Shown piece after piece: positions 26,298 through 34,621 of a stretch of 44,723 nt of DNA; positions within the stretch are counted from its first letter, which is position 1, and each line of letters begins with the position of its first letter. Both the position numbers and the translations under genes were made by a program. This DNA is from Escherichia phage vB_EcoS_fFiEco02, in sequence record NC_073316.1, one strand, 5' to 3'. The notes under the pieces are model-generated. The model searched no databases. It had not been told where the DNA came from and was given only the letters and a program-made list of their open reading frames with translations.

Positions 26298-27724
26298 TTC
26301 TTACTCCTACGTTTCATATAATTAAGTAGTTCATCCTGTACAGACCTTTTCTCGTCTGTACGCGCGGCGACAACTTCATCAAGAGTATCTCGGGCTATTA
26401 TTTGATAAATGAATACAGACCGTTTGTACCCAGACTGCATCTGCCTTACCGGACCTATGCGCTCGATAACCTGCAGATAATGCTCCAGGTTCCACCCCTG
26501 ACTCATAAAGGCCATGTGGTGTCCGCCGTGTTGTAGTGACAGCCCGTGACCCGCGGAGGCTGGGTGTATCAGGAGCATAGGTATCTCGCCGCGGTTCCAC
26601 GCTTCCATCTGCTTAGTACCCTTAGCGCCTTTGGCAAACGCCTGTGCCTGTGGGAAACGTTTCAGGATGCGCTCCAGTTCGTGCTTGAACTGATAGGCGA
26701 CCAGTAGTGGTGCGCCCTGTAACTCCTCAACAATTGACTCAAGCGCATCCAGTTTCGTGTCGTGCACTTTCTCCCAGTCTTTCGTTGCTTCTCCGTCCGG
26801 CCCTGACACATATACGGCACCAGATGCGATCTGCAAGCACTTCGACGTCTTCGCCGCGGCGTTAGCCGCTTCAACTTCCCCACTTTCCAGTTCTGCGAAT
26901 AGCTTCTCCTCCATATCTATGTACGCCTGACGCGCTTTCTTCGGCAGGTCAATTTCCACCGGCACGATAATAGGTGCTTCACAACCAAACCACTCGGCGG
27001 CGTCAATCGTCAGGCTGATGTCTTTCATCTTCTGGTGAATTTCATTATCCGCACCAGGGCGAGCGTGGTATTCTCGCGCCATAGCCGATTTGCCTTTCTG
27101 TACCGAGTTGAACCAGCGGTCGGTGAATGCCGTGTACGATGAGCCGAGGCGCTCGCCCGCGTCGATAAACCAGTTCTGGCCCCACAAGTCTTTGAGGCCG
27201 TTAGGTGATGGCGTTCCCGTCAGGTTTATAAAACGCTTGACCTTACCGAACGCAACCTTGCTAAGCGCCTTTGCCCGCTTGCTGCCGCCTGAACGACTGC
27301 GGAATGATTTCAGTTTCGTGCTCTCATCGGCAACGATAACCGTAAAAGGCCAGTCGTCTTTGCCGTAGTAGTCAATCAGCCACTCGATAACTTCGTAGTT
27401 GGTGCATACCACGTTAGCGTCCGACTCCAGCGCCGCGATGCGACGCCTCTCGCTACCGGTCGCATCGACGACACTCAGACAAGGGAAACCCCACTTAGTT
27501 TGTTCTGCGGGCCACGTACCGGATGCAACACGTAACGGGGCGAGGATTAACACGCGGTCCTCTTCCGTAAGCTGCCCGTTGCGGAACAGGCGGTTTAGAA
27601 CCCACATCGTTGCGGAACTTTTGCCCGCGCCCATCGAGGCCCAAATATTACAGCGCGGGTGTTGCAGCATGAACGAAGTCATGAGCTTCTGGTACTCTCG
27701 ACGGATAAATTTAGACATAATCAA
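26294..27724 (-). CDS. SNF2/DEAD-like helicase
   Basis: Walker A MGAGKS, DExx box VADESTKLK, helicase C-terminal block (LIHPASAGHGLSLQ). Confidence 0.75.
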   Translation of the reverse strand: MIMSKFIRREYQKLMTSFMLQHPRCNIWASMGAGKSSATMWVLNRLFRNGQLTEEDRVLILAPLRVASGTWPAEQTKWGFPCLSVVDATGSERRRIAALESDANVVCTNYEVIEWLIDYYGKDDWPFTVIVADESTKLKSFRSRSGGSKRAKALSKVAFGKVKRFINLTGTPSPNGLKDLWGQNWFIDAGERLGSSYTAFTDRWFNSVQKGKSAMAREYHARPGADNEIHQKMKDISLTIDAAEWFGCEAPIIVPVEIDLPKKARQAYIDMEEKLFAELESGEVEAANAAAKTSKCLQIASGAVYVSGPDGEATKDWEKVHDTKLDALESIVEELQGAPLLVAYQFKHELERILKRFPQAQAFAKGAKGTKQMEAWNRGEIPMLLIHPASAGHGLSLQHGGHHMAFMSQGWNLEHYLQVIERIGPVRQMQSGYKRSVFIYQIIARDTLDEVVAARTDEKRSVQDELLNYMKRRSKK

Positions 27725-27915
27725 CCCTTAACGTAGAGTACCAATTCCTTCCGCCCAAACGCCGTAACGTTACCGGTTACGTCTTCGATAACCAGTTTAC
27801 CGTTCGACTCGACGAACACCGTATCAACGGCAACAGGGCGACGGGTCTTAACGTTGAAAATCATGTCGCCCGGTACGATGTCACGTGCTGGTTTGCGGTC
27901 ATATTCGTGTTTCAT
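27721..27915 (-). CDS. hypothetical small protein
   Basis: 64 aa; overlaps the helicase start. Confidence 0.4.
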   Translation of the reverse strand: MKHEYDRKPARDIVPGDMIFNVKTRRPVAVDTVFVESNGKLVIEDVTGNVTAFGRKELVLYVKG

Positions 27916-27945
27916 TTCTCAATTCCTTATATTGTTGGTGTAGGG

Positions 27946-28230
27946 CTAACTATAATAGTTCGCTATTAGGTCGTCAACCTGTTTGAACGACCCGACGACA
28001 AAAACATTCGCGCCGCGTTTGCGCATACGCTCATGCTCACGTAACTGGTGTGGGTCTGGCTTCGTGTTTTCGTCTTTCTTAACCTCGACGAACCAGACGA
28101 TACCGTTGGGGAGAATTACCAGCAGGTCGGGGGCGCCGGAACGCCCCTCGTAGGAAAGTTTACGAACGAGGCCGCCGATAGCCTCGAATCGCTCTTTTGC
28201 GTATTTCTGGATGCGCCCCTCTTTAGTCAT
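27946..28230 (-). CDS. VRR-NUC domain nuclease
   Basis: PD-(D/E)xK-like GAPDLLVILPNGIVWFVEVKK motif; ATG at 28230 overlaps the upstream stop. Confidence 0.6.
   Translation of the reverse strand: MTKEGRIQKYAKERFEAIGGLVRKLSYEGRSGAPDLLVILPNGIVWFVEVKKDENTKPDPHQLREHERMRKRGANVFVVGSFKQVDDLIANYYS
27949..27977 (-). promoter_or_regulatory. promoter TTGACG-N17-TATAGT with AATAG-N4-CTATT palindrome in the spacer
   Basis: same architecture as the promoters at 31677-31705 and 34295-34324. Confidence 0.5.
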
Positions 28231-28379
28231 GAGCGCAGAACCCAAGTTATAAACGCCCCGCCTAAAATGGCAACACCAACAAACTTAAAGAACAGGCCAT
28301 AACAGAACATCGCGGCTATTCCTGCGCCGAGTAGCAGTGCGAGCATGGTTACTATCGTCCAAAATACAAACATTGTCAT
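28227..28379 (-). CDS. small hydrophobic protein (50 aa, putative)
   Basis: below track cutoff; MTMFVFWTIVTMLALLLGAGIAAMFCYGLFF…; ATGA coupling on both sides. Confidence 0.3.
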   Translation of the reverse strand: MTMFVFWTIVTMLALLLGAGIAAMFCYGLFFKFVGVAILGGAFITWVLRS

Positions 28380-28465
28380 AATACGCACCCCTCACGTTTC
28401 GTATGCTCAATCCCGCAGCGCGGACAGATTCGGCAGTCTTCTTCGTAGAACCAGTAAATTTTCAT
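28376..28465 (-). CDS. micro-ORF with Cys cluster (29 aa, putative)
   Basis: DCRICPRCG…C; ATGA overlaps with both flanking ORFs. Confidence 0.25.
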   Translation of the reverse strand: MKIYWFYEEDCRICPRCGIEHTKREGCVL

Positions 28466-28593
28466 TCCAGCACCCACAGATAAATTGCGATGAACATACC
28501 CAGTACGGCGGTCATCATGTCGTATTGACCCTCGTGGTAGTAGACACCGGCTGCGAATCCCGCCAGTACTGCAATAATCAGTTTACTTGGCAT
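28462..28593 (-). CDS. small hydrophobic protein (43 aa, putative)
   Basis: MPSKLIIAVLAGFAAGVYY…; start overlaps the last codons of the polymerase gene. Confidence 0.3.
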   Translation of the reverse strand: MPSKLIIAVLAGFAAGVYYHEGQYDMMTAVLGMFIAIYLWVLE

Positions 28594-30784
28594 AACGTTT
28601 TAACTCCTGACCTTCCGCTACAAGAGGGAACCCCTCCGCCCACTCTGGCAACGCACACATTAATTTTTCCAGTTCAGCCACCGTGTAATACGGCGTATCT
28701 GGAGTTTCACATACCAGTTCATCGTGTACCGAAAGCACGATGGGATACCCGCCACCCTCAACATTAATCATCGCATATGCGAGTAAATCACGGCACAGCG
28801 CCTGAACAATGTTTTCGCAGGCTTTGCCGCCGTGGGTGTACAGGGTAGTCCATTGGCGGGTTAACTGGTTTTCACCCTGATACTTGATTCGCACATTCGT
28901 GCTTACTCGTCCGTCTTCGTCTGTTTCCTTTGTCACACTAACGCCGATTCCCGGATACGAGAGGATGCGGCCCGACGGCAACTCCATACACAACCACCAA
29001 CCTGGAACCTTCCTACCGGATGAATCAAATTCTACCGTACGCCATATGCGGATAGCCCTTTCCCCATTCCTGCGCAAGTGTGCTCCCGCCCAAAATTCAC
29101 GACCAGGATTTCTTACAGCGGCTAAAATACCGTCTTTGATGTCGCGCCAGAACGCTACTGTTTCCGGGTGTGACTCGCGCCACATACGCTTGATTGCGTC
29201 GCAGGTGCGCCACACTTTCTTGTCCAGAATATACGATGGTCGGTCATCCTTCTCACCTGGATGCGGGGGGCGCTTGGCTTCCTGGATGCGCGCCCATTCA
29301 TATCCTCTCGCGGTGGCTGACCAGATGTGGTCCGGGAATGTACCGTCCATTGTTTTAGCCATCTCAATAAGGTCGAGGCCTAAGTTTTTGGTGAACGTAA
29401 CGAATGCTCCGACGCCTCCCTCGTAGCCGAGGCCCAGTTCACATGCTTTGCCTATCTGTCTGATTTCCTTAAAGTTTTTCTTAATATCGTCGGGGTCCAT
29501 GCCAAACATCTTACCTGCAGTTACGCAATAAATATCTAACCCGGCGCGGAAAGTATCAAGCGCGGTTTCTTCGCCTGCCAACCACGCAAGCCCACGACCC
29601 TCAACGTTAGAGTAATCGGCAACAACAAACTTATGCCCCACTTCCGGTATGATGCAGCTACGTACCGTCGATGCTGTTAGCTTGGCTACATCAAAACGGC
29701 GGTGTGCCCGGCCTTTAAGTAACGCTGAAATGCCTTTACCCAGTTCATCATCGTGATAGTACCCGCGCGCCAGGTTCTGTGGTTGGAAGCCTTTACCCGC
29801 CCACCGCAAAGTGCGTTTTGCCCCACCGTACTGTAAACAACCCCGGCGGCGGTCGTCCGATGAGCGGCCCAACAGCAGTGGGTTATATTTCGTTGACGCG
29901 GTGGACGCGGCCCCGAGGCGCATTTCGATAATTGTGCGTGCGTCGTCCGGTAAATCATCGTCCGCCAGCAGGTCGTTAAGCGTCGACTTCTGTGCGTTGT
30001 GTATGCGGTGTGCAGGGGCGAGTTCACGAAGAATCGGCAGAAAGTCCTTACCAGTAAGCGAGCCGCCGTATTTGCGTTGGGCTTCCTCCTGTAACTGCGC
30101 TTTGTGTTTCTCCACGGCTTCAATAGCGGCTTCCGCCAGTGCAACGTCAACCTTAAACCCGCGGTCGTTGATTAACTGGTCCAGTTCCAGTACACGGTCT
30201 TCGAACTCAGAGTTACCCCAACGCGGCAGCTTATGGAAGACTTCACGCATTGCAGTGATGTCGCTCACGGCGTACTTGATGAACAGCGCCCACTCGTCCG
30301 GGTGTGTTTCTGCGGTGTAGCGGCGGATTTTGTAATTCTTCGGTGTCGGTTTAGAGAAACGCTGAATCAGCGCCTTGCCGCGTTTATCTTTTGCATTGTC
30401 AGCAGACACGCCAAGCACTTCACACAGCGCATCAAGTGAACCCGGCAGCGCGTGACGAAACGCCCAAATCATCGTATCAATGGTGTTGCTTACGGGAATA
30501 TCAAAGCCCCAGCAGTGTTTCATGATGAGCCTGTCGAACATTGAGCCGTTGTGCCACACCATCTTAATACGACTGTTCGGCTTAACCAGGCGGCGCAGTG
30601 CGCGGTGCAAATCACCCGGCATGTCGCTGCCGTCGGTGCAATCCCATACCCGCACAGGCTCGTCGTCAAAAGCATATGTGCAGATAAGCACTTCGGTAGT
30701 CGGGTGTTCGGCGTAAGCGTAGGAGCCGACTTTCTTTAAATCGGCTTCGGAGAATGTTTCAAAGTCCAGGTATAAGTAGCTCAT
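28583..30784 (-). CDS. DNA polymerase I (family A) with 3'-5' exonuclease domain
   Basis: Exo I motif LDFETFS; pol motif A VADYSNVEGR, motif B RQIGKACELGLGYEGG, motif C SVHDELV; start taken at the ATG with SD aaggaaaaag. Confidence 0.9.
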   Translation of the reverse strand: MSYLYLDFETFSEADLKKVGSYAYAEHPTTEVLICTYAFDDEPVRVWDCTDGSDMPGDLHRALRRLVKPNSRIKMVWHNGSMFDRLIMKHCWGFDIPVSNTIDTMIWAFRHALPGSLDALCEVLGVSADNAKDKRGKALIQRFSKPTPKNYKIRRYTAETHPDEWALFIKYAVSDITAMREVFHKLPRWGNSEFEDRVLELDQLINDRGFKVDVALAEAAIEAVEKHKAQLQEEAQRKYGGSLTGKDFLPILRELAPAHRIHNAQKSTLNDLLADDDLPDDARTIIEMRLGAASTASTKYNPLLLGRSSDDRRRGCLQYGGAKRTLRWAGKGFQPQNLARGYYHDDELGKGISALLKGRAHRRFDVAKLTASTVRSCIIPEVGHKFVVADYSNVEGRGLAWLAGEETALDTFRAGLDIYCVTAGKMFGMDPDDIKKNFKEIRQIGKACELGLGYEGGVGAFVTFTKNLGLDLIEMAKTMDGTFPDHIWSATARGYEWARIQEAKRPPHPGEKDDRPSYILDKKVWRTCDAIKRMWRESHPETVAFWRDIKDGILAAVRNPGREFWAGAHLRRNGERAIRIWRTVEFDSSGRKVPGWWLCMELPSGRILSYPGIGVSVTKETDEDGRVSTNVRIKYQGENQLTRQWTTLYTHGGKACENIVQALCRDLLAYAMINVEGGGYPIVLSVHDELVCETPDTPYYTVAELEKLMCALPEWAEGFPLVAEGQELKRYAK

Positions 30785-30936
30785 TTCTTTTTCCTTAAAT
30801 CCAGTGCCTTCGTTTCGCTGAGTCTTATTTTCATACAATCACGGCAAATCCACACATGCCTGTACCCGGCGCGGTACTCATCCGCGTACCACGGAAGCGG
30901 TTTCATATATCGGTATACGTGCTTACAGAAAAACAT
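30781..30936 (-). CDS. small Cys/His-rich protein (51 aa, putative zinc ribbon)
   Basis: below track cutoff; MFFCKHVYRY…HVWICRDCMK; stop overlaps the polymerase ATG (ATGA). Confidence 0.3.
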   Translation of the reverse strand: MFFCKHVYRYMKPLPWYADEYRAGYRHVWICRDCMKIRLSETKALDLRKKK

Positions 30937-30952
30937 TATTTTCGACCCTTAG

Positions 30953-30975
30953 TAAAAAGGCCCAATGAAGGGCCT
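30953..30975 (-). terminator. rho-independent terminator after the 30996-31622 gene
   Basis: - strand hairpin aggccc-ttcatt-gggcct followed by ttttt. Confidence 0.5.
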
Positions 30976-30995
30976 CAGTTAAATTGATTCAGATA

Positions 30996-31622
30996 TTAAC
31001 GGCGGCGACGTTCGCGGCGCGGTGCTTCATCTTCTTCGTCGTCTTCCAGGTCATTGACGCTTGCGGCGACTTTAGAACCACCGAACGCTTTACCTTCACC
31101 GACGTACTTAATCGCCAGCAGGTTAACCCCGAGAACTTTATATTTCTGGCTGAACCAGATTTCGACGCTTACGTTAGCGACACAGCCACTGTAAACCTGT
31201 TCGCCTTCAATCTGTTCGCCGTCTACGTTGAAGTCCTGCTCCACCTGAGTCTCACCTTTTTTAGAGGTTACAATCAGCGGCTGCTTCTGCGCCTTCGCTT
31301 TGAAGTAGAAGCCTTCTGGGAAGTCTTCAAACGGGTTATCACGCTCAGCAATGTCTTTAATCGCGCATTTATCCATGTGCTTACCTTCGCCGTAGTTGGA
31401 CTTCATCCATTTCTCGGCAGCAGCTGCGCCTAACGCTTCTTCAACTACAGCGTAAACAGTGTCGTAGAGTGCATCGATTTGAGCGTGGTCAGGCGGCAGG
31501 ATGATAGTCGCGCTATACTGGCCTTTAGTGATGGAGCCATCATCGTTTTCACGGTCTTTTTCGCGTTCGAATACGTTAACCCATGCAGTGTTTACTTTAC
31601 GCAGATTCAGTTTAATTCCCAT
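30996..31622 (-). CDS. putative ssDNA-binding / annealing protein
   Basis: 208 aa; acidic C-terminal stretch DLEDDEEDE; lies downstream of the recombination exonuclease; own promoter. Confidence 0.4.
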   Translation of the reverse strand: MGIKLNLRKVNTAWVNVFEREKDRENDDGSITKGQYSATIILPPDHAQIDALYDTVYAVVEEALGAAAAEKWMKSNYGEGKHMDKCAIKDIAERDNPFEDFPEGFYFKAKAQKQPLIVTSKKGETQVEQDFNVDGEQIEGEQVYSGCVANVSVEIWFSQKYKVLGVNLLAIKYVGEGKAFGGSKVAASVNDLEDDEEDEAPRRERRRR

Positions 31623-31676
31623 CTTAATTTCTCGCTTTTCAGTTTACTCCTGGAAGCTGCCAGGCCAGTGATTAGA

Positions 31677-31705
31677 ACTATAATAGCTAACTATTCAGGT
31701 GTCAA
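31677..31705 (-). promoter_or_regulatory. promoter TTGACA-N17-TATAGT with AATAG-N4-CTATT palindrome
   Basis: consensus -35 and near-consensus -10; palindrome 31682-31695. Confidence 0.55.
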
Positions 31706-31709
31706 CACT

Positions 31710-32951
31710 TTATTCTAAATCTTCTTCACTAACCCGATTCCACTCAGGACGTTTGTCGTTTGCCGTTGCGACACATGGCGCTCCTGGCTTACGGGTAATG
31801 AAGTCTTTCAGTTCATCTTCCGGTATGACTTTAACAGCTTCGGTTGGCGTCATGAGCACTTGCTTCATTAGCGCTATGCCATACTTGCCAGCAACTTTCT
31901 CCGCGTCTTTCCACGCACGATTACCTGGGCGTCCTTCTACCAGTTTGTACCCCGGCACTTTCTTACCGGAATGCAGCGCGGCAGCCATAGCTTTCTCAAC
32001 CTTGTCGATGTGCTGGCGCAACAACGGCAACTTCTCATACTCAGCTACAAGTTGCTCCGGCGTCAGTTCCAGCGCAAAGTCGTCCTCCAGTTCTTCCGCC
32101 AGTACAGCGTTAACGGTTTTTGTACGCGCGGCGCATTGTTCAGAGAACCGACACCACTGACAACCATCGACCGACGGCTTAAAGTCAGACGCTTTCAGGT
32201 TCTTCTTGCCGCGGGAATAGGCATCGAGCGCTAACAGTGCTCGTTTTTGTGCAAACTTAGCGAACAGTTCAAGGCCTTCAACCGAGATGTCCCACTCCGA
32301 CGCACCGCCAGCGCACGGCTGGAAAATTACCAGACGAACCACGGTGATGTTATAACGCCTCTTGAGTCGGCGATAAACACCGAGAGCGTAAAGCATAAGC
32401 TGCTTGTTTTCTTTCGCTTCGACACGATGCCGTCCTGTTTTCAGGTCGCCGATAATGAGAATATGTTCGTCTGTGTTAGCCAGTTCCTGTACGGCAACAA
32501 GGTCAGCAGTCCCGAACGTCTCAACGCCTTCATACCCCGGATGCAATACCTCAGTAAGATTGACGCGCATTTCCAGCTTAGCGTAAGTCGCTACGTCAAT
32601 AATCGCTTTGCAGTAGTCGGTGTACTTGCGCACCTGCTCAATCATATCCGCCGTAATCAGTACCGCGCCTTTCATCGGGCTGATTAGCGCCCTAATCTGG
32701 CCTTTACCTTCATCCAGCACGTAAGCACCGACTTCACGCTCTAACGGCAACGCAGTACCGCGGATATAGGCGTTGAGATGGGCTTCAGCTATGGTGTGCA
32801 TAGCTGTGCCTAATACCGCAGCTTTACCGGACGTATTAGGAATATCTTTCTCGCAGGCCAGTGATGCGGCGCAGCTTAGCCACTTTTTAGCACCTGACGG
32901 CGACAGTAAGGCGTGCACATCGTTATTACCACCGCGCTCTTTTAGTTTCAT
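31710..32951 (-). CDS. PD-(D/E)xK exonuclease, Cas4/RecB-like with Fe-S cysteines
   Basis: motif IIGDLKTG; N-terminal Cys pair (LSCAASLAC) and C-terminal CQWCRFSEQC cluster typical of Cas4-like phage exonucleases. Confidence 0.75.
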   Translation of the reverse strand: MKLKERGGNNDVHALLSPSGAKKWLSCAASLACEKDIPNTSGKAAVLGTAMHTIAEAHLNAYIRGTALPLEREVGAYVLDEGKGQIRALISPMKGAVLITADMIEQVRKYTDYCKAIIDVATYAKLEMRVNLTEVLHPGYEGVETFGTADLVAVQELANTDEHILIIGDLKTGRHRVEAKENKQLMLYALGVYRRLKRRYNITVVRLVIFQPCAGGASEWDISVEGLELFAKFAQKRALLALDAYSRGKKNLKASDFKPSVDGCQWCRFSEQCAARTKTVNAVLAEELEDDFALELTPEQLVAEYEKLPLLRQHIDKVEKAMAAALHSGKKVPGYKLVEGRPGNRAWKDAEKVAGKYGIALMKQVLMTPTEAVKVIPEDELKDFITRKPGAPCVATANDKRPEWNRVSEEDLE

Positions 32952-32966
32952 CGTATGTATGCCTCG

Positions 32967-33155
32967 TTAATAGACCCGCTCTAGGGTGAACACCGCTCCA
33001 ATGAAAGCCTCCTGCTTAATCATTGCGTTTATTGCGGAATTGGCCTTGCGCTCAGTCAATTCAAGGTCATACCCTGCACATAGATAACTATATGTGCCGT
33101 CTTTGTGTCTTACTTTTATTTTGAATCTTGCTGTTTTCATACCCTGTTCTCCCAC
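32967..33155 (-). CDS. hypothetical small protein
   Basis: 62 aa, in operon. Confidence 0.4.
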   Translation of the reverse strand: MGEQGMKTARFKIKVRHKDGTYSYLCAGYDLELTERKANSAINAMIKQEAFIGAVFTLERVY

Positions 33156-33409
33156 TGGTCAATTAAATGCCGCGTCTTATGGTCGCAGTGCATAGCCCAC
33201 CCATACATCGACTCGAAGACATAAAAGTCTGGCTTGGCGAATGTTGTGCGCTTAATCTGTGACACGTGATGGCCTATATCTTTAGGCCGTGGTACTTTGC
33301 CTAAGTACGCCATCTCTTCCATCTGGTGCGCACCCGACGGCGCGCGCAACAGCCATAGCGACTCTGTGTTGTCTCGCCTGTCTACGGCGCGGTAGAGTTG
33401 GTAAATCAT
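33137..33409 (-). CDS. hypothetical small protein
   Basis: 90 aa, in operon. Confidence 0.4.
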   Translation of the reverse strand: MIYQLYRAVDRRDNTESLWLLRAPSGAHQMEEMAYLGKVPRPKDIGHHVSQIKRTTFAKPDFYVFESMYGWAMHCDHKTRHLIDQWENRV

Positions 33410-33624
33410 TTATCCACCTCATGCATTCTCAAGAAGACAATCATAGCGGCGCGTAGAGGGTTTTCGTGCGTACTTTTGGTGAACGAGGCGGAGTGATACG
33501 CTCTATATGTGAACGTATGCCGGTTAACCGTAACGCATTCAATTGATATGTGATTATCAATTATTATAGGCCATGCGTCCTCCACCCGATTACAATAATC
33601 GACTCCTCCGGAAGCTAATTCCAT
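33406..33624 (-). CDS. hypothetical small protein
   Basis: 72 aa, ATGA overlap downstream. Confidence 0.4.
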   Translation of the reverse strand: MELASGGVDYCNRVEDAWPIIIDNHISIECVTVNRHTFTYRAYHSASFTKSTHENPLRAAMIVFLRMHEVDK

Positions 33625-33750
33625 CTGATGCCCCGCGAAACATTTCCGTATAGCGCGCGGCTGACACGTGCATTGATTCCTATGTCTGTTAAATTTCCGT
33701 AGTTCATAATTCCGACCCTCAGTTAAAGCGGCCCGAAGGCCGCGGGATAG

Positions 33751-34263
33751 TTATTCTTCTTCGAAATACTTGTTCTTGATTGCCGTCAGGCGTTCCAGAT
33801 ACTCCACCAGGTCTTCGTCTTTAATCGCGGCAATCTTCATCTTCTTACCGGTGAACTCTTCCAGCAGTTCATCAGAATCATCACACGCGGCATCGCTCGG
33901 ACCTTCGTTAATGGCGTCGTCGATAGCCTGAATCTGGTCGCGCAGAGACTGGTAATCGACTTCTTCTTCCGGCTCTGGCGTCGGTTCCTCTGCTTTAGCT
34001 TTACGCTGCTTGCGTTTAGGCTTCTCTTCTTCTGCCGGTTTAGTGTCGACGATGTCTTCACCTTCGACTGGGAGTTCTTTCGCCTTCTCGACTTCTTCAA
34101 GTGCTTTAGCCAGTTCTTTTTTAACTGTCTCTACCCCCGTTACTGCGACGTCAACAGTCAATTCACCTACCGACTTACCAGTCGGTTGTCTCGCACTGTT
34201 CGCAGCAATCAGTTCATGTGCAACTACGAAACGTTCCAGTAATACTAAGAATTTCTCTAACAT
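33751..34263 (-). CDS. hypothetical acidic protein
   Basis: 170 aa; highly acidic with a central Lys/Pro/Glu-rich linker; own promoter. Confidence 0.45.
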   Translation of the reverse strand: MLEKFLVLLERFVVAHELIAANSARQPTGKSVGELTVDVAVTGVETVKKELAKALEEVEKAKELPVEGEDIVDTKPAEEEKPKRKQRKAKAEEPTPEPEEEVDYQSLRDQIQAIDDAINEGPSDAACDDSDELLEEFTGKKMKIAAIKDEDLVEYLERLTAIKNKYFEEE

Positions 34264-34294
34264 TTGTTTCTCTCCTCTCGTTTGGTATGGGCTA

Positions 34295-34324
34295 ACTATA
34301 ATAGTGAACTATTCACGTTGTCAA
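34295..34324 (-). promoter_or_regulatory. promoter TTGACA-N18-TATAGT with GAATAG-N4-CTATTC palindrome
   Basis: divergent from the XRE gene promoter; palindrome 34300-34314. Confidence 0.55.
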
Positions 34325-34334
34325 TGGGCTTTTC

Positions 34335-34357
34335 TAAAATAATTAATATGGTACTAT
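34335..34357 (+). promoter_or_regulatory. extended -10 promoter (TGgTACTAT) for the XRE regulator gene
   Basis: TACTATTCAC as in the early promoters; weak -35; SD aaggag 9 nt before the ATG. Confidence 0.5.
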
Positions 34358-34388
34358 TCACATATCAACTGACTAAGGAGTAATTGAC

Positions 34389-34604
34389 ATGCAACCATCT
34401 GAACTAGGCATACGTGTAGAACAACGCCGTAAAGAACTCGGCATCTCTCAGCGCCGTCTGGCTGTCCTGGCCGGCGTTTCCCAGGGCGCGATTAACCAGC
34501 TGGCACTCGGCGTAACTCAGGACGTCCGCCCGGCAACGCTGTTTAAACTGGCGGAAGTGCTGGAAGTAGACGCCAAGTGGCTGGCGTTCGGTGAAGGGGC
34601 TTAA
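34389..34604 (+). CDS. XRE-family (Cro/CI-type) HTH transcriptional regulator
   Basis: 71 aa; HTH signature ELGISQRRLAVLAGVSQGAINQLALG; opposite orientation to flanking replication genes. Confidence 0.75.
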   Translation: MQPSELGIRVEQRRKELGISQRRLAVLAGVSQGAINQLALGVTQDVRPATLFKLAEVLEVDAKWLAFGEGA

Positions 34605-34619
34605 CGCCCCTTTCTTTTT
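34595..34619 (+). terminator. rho-independent terminator after the XRE gene
   Basis: hairpin aggggc-ttaac-gcccct + ttcttttt. Confidence 0.55.
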
Positions 34620-34621
34620 AC

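Noticed and set aside
28884-30439. Several + strand ORFs (28884–29426, 29811–30320, 30233–30439) inside the DNA polymerase gene
   Set aside because: Polymerase motifs A, B, C and the Exo motif are all in the - strand frame; the + strand ORFs are Ser/Arg-rich shadow frames.
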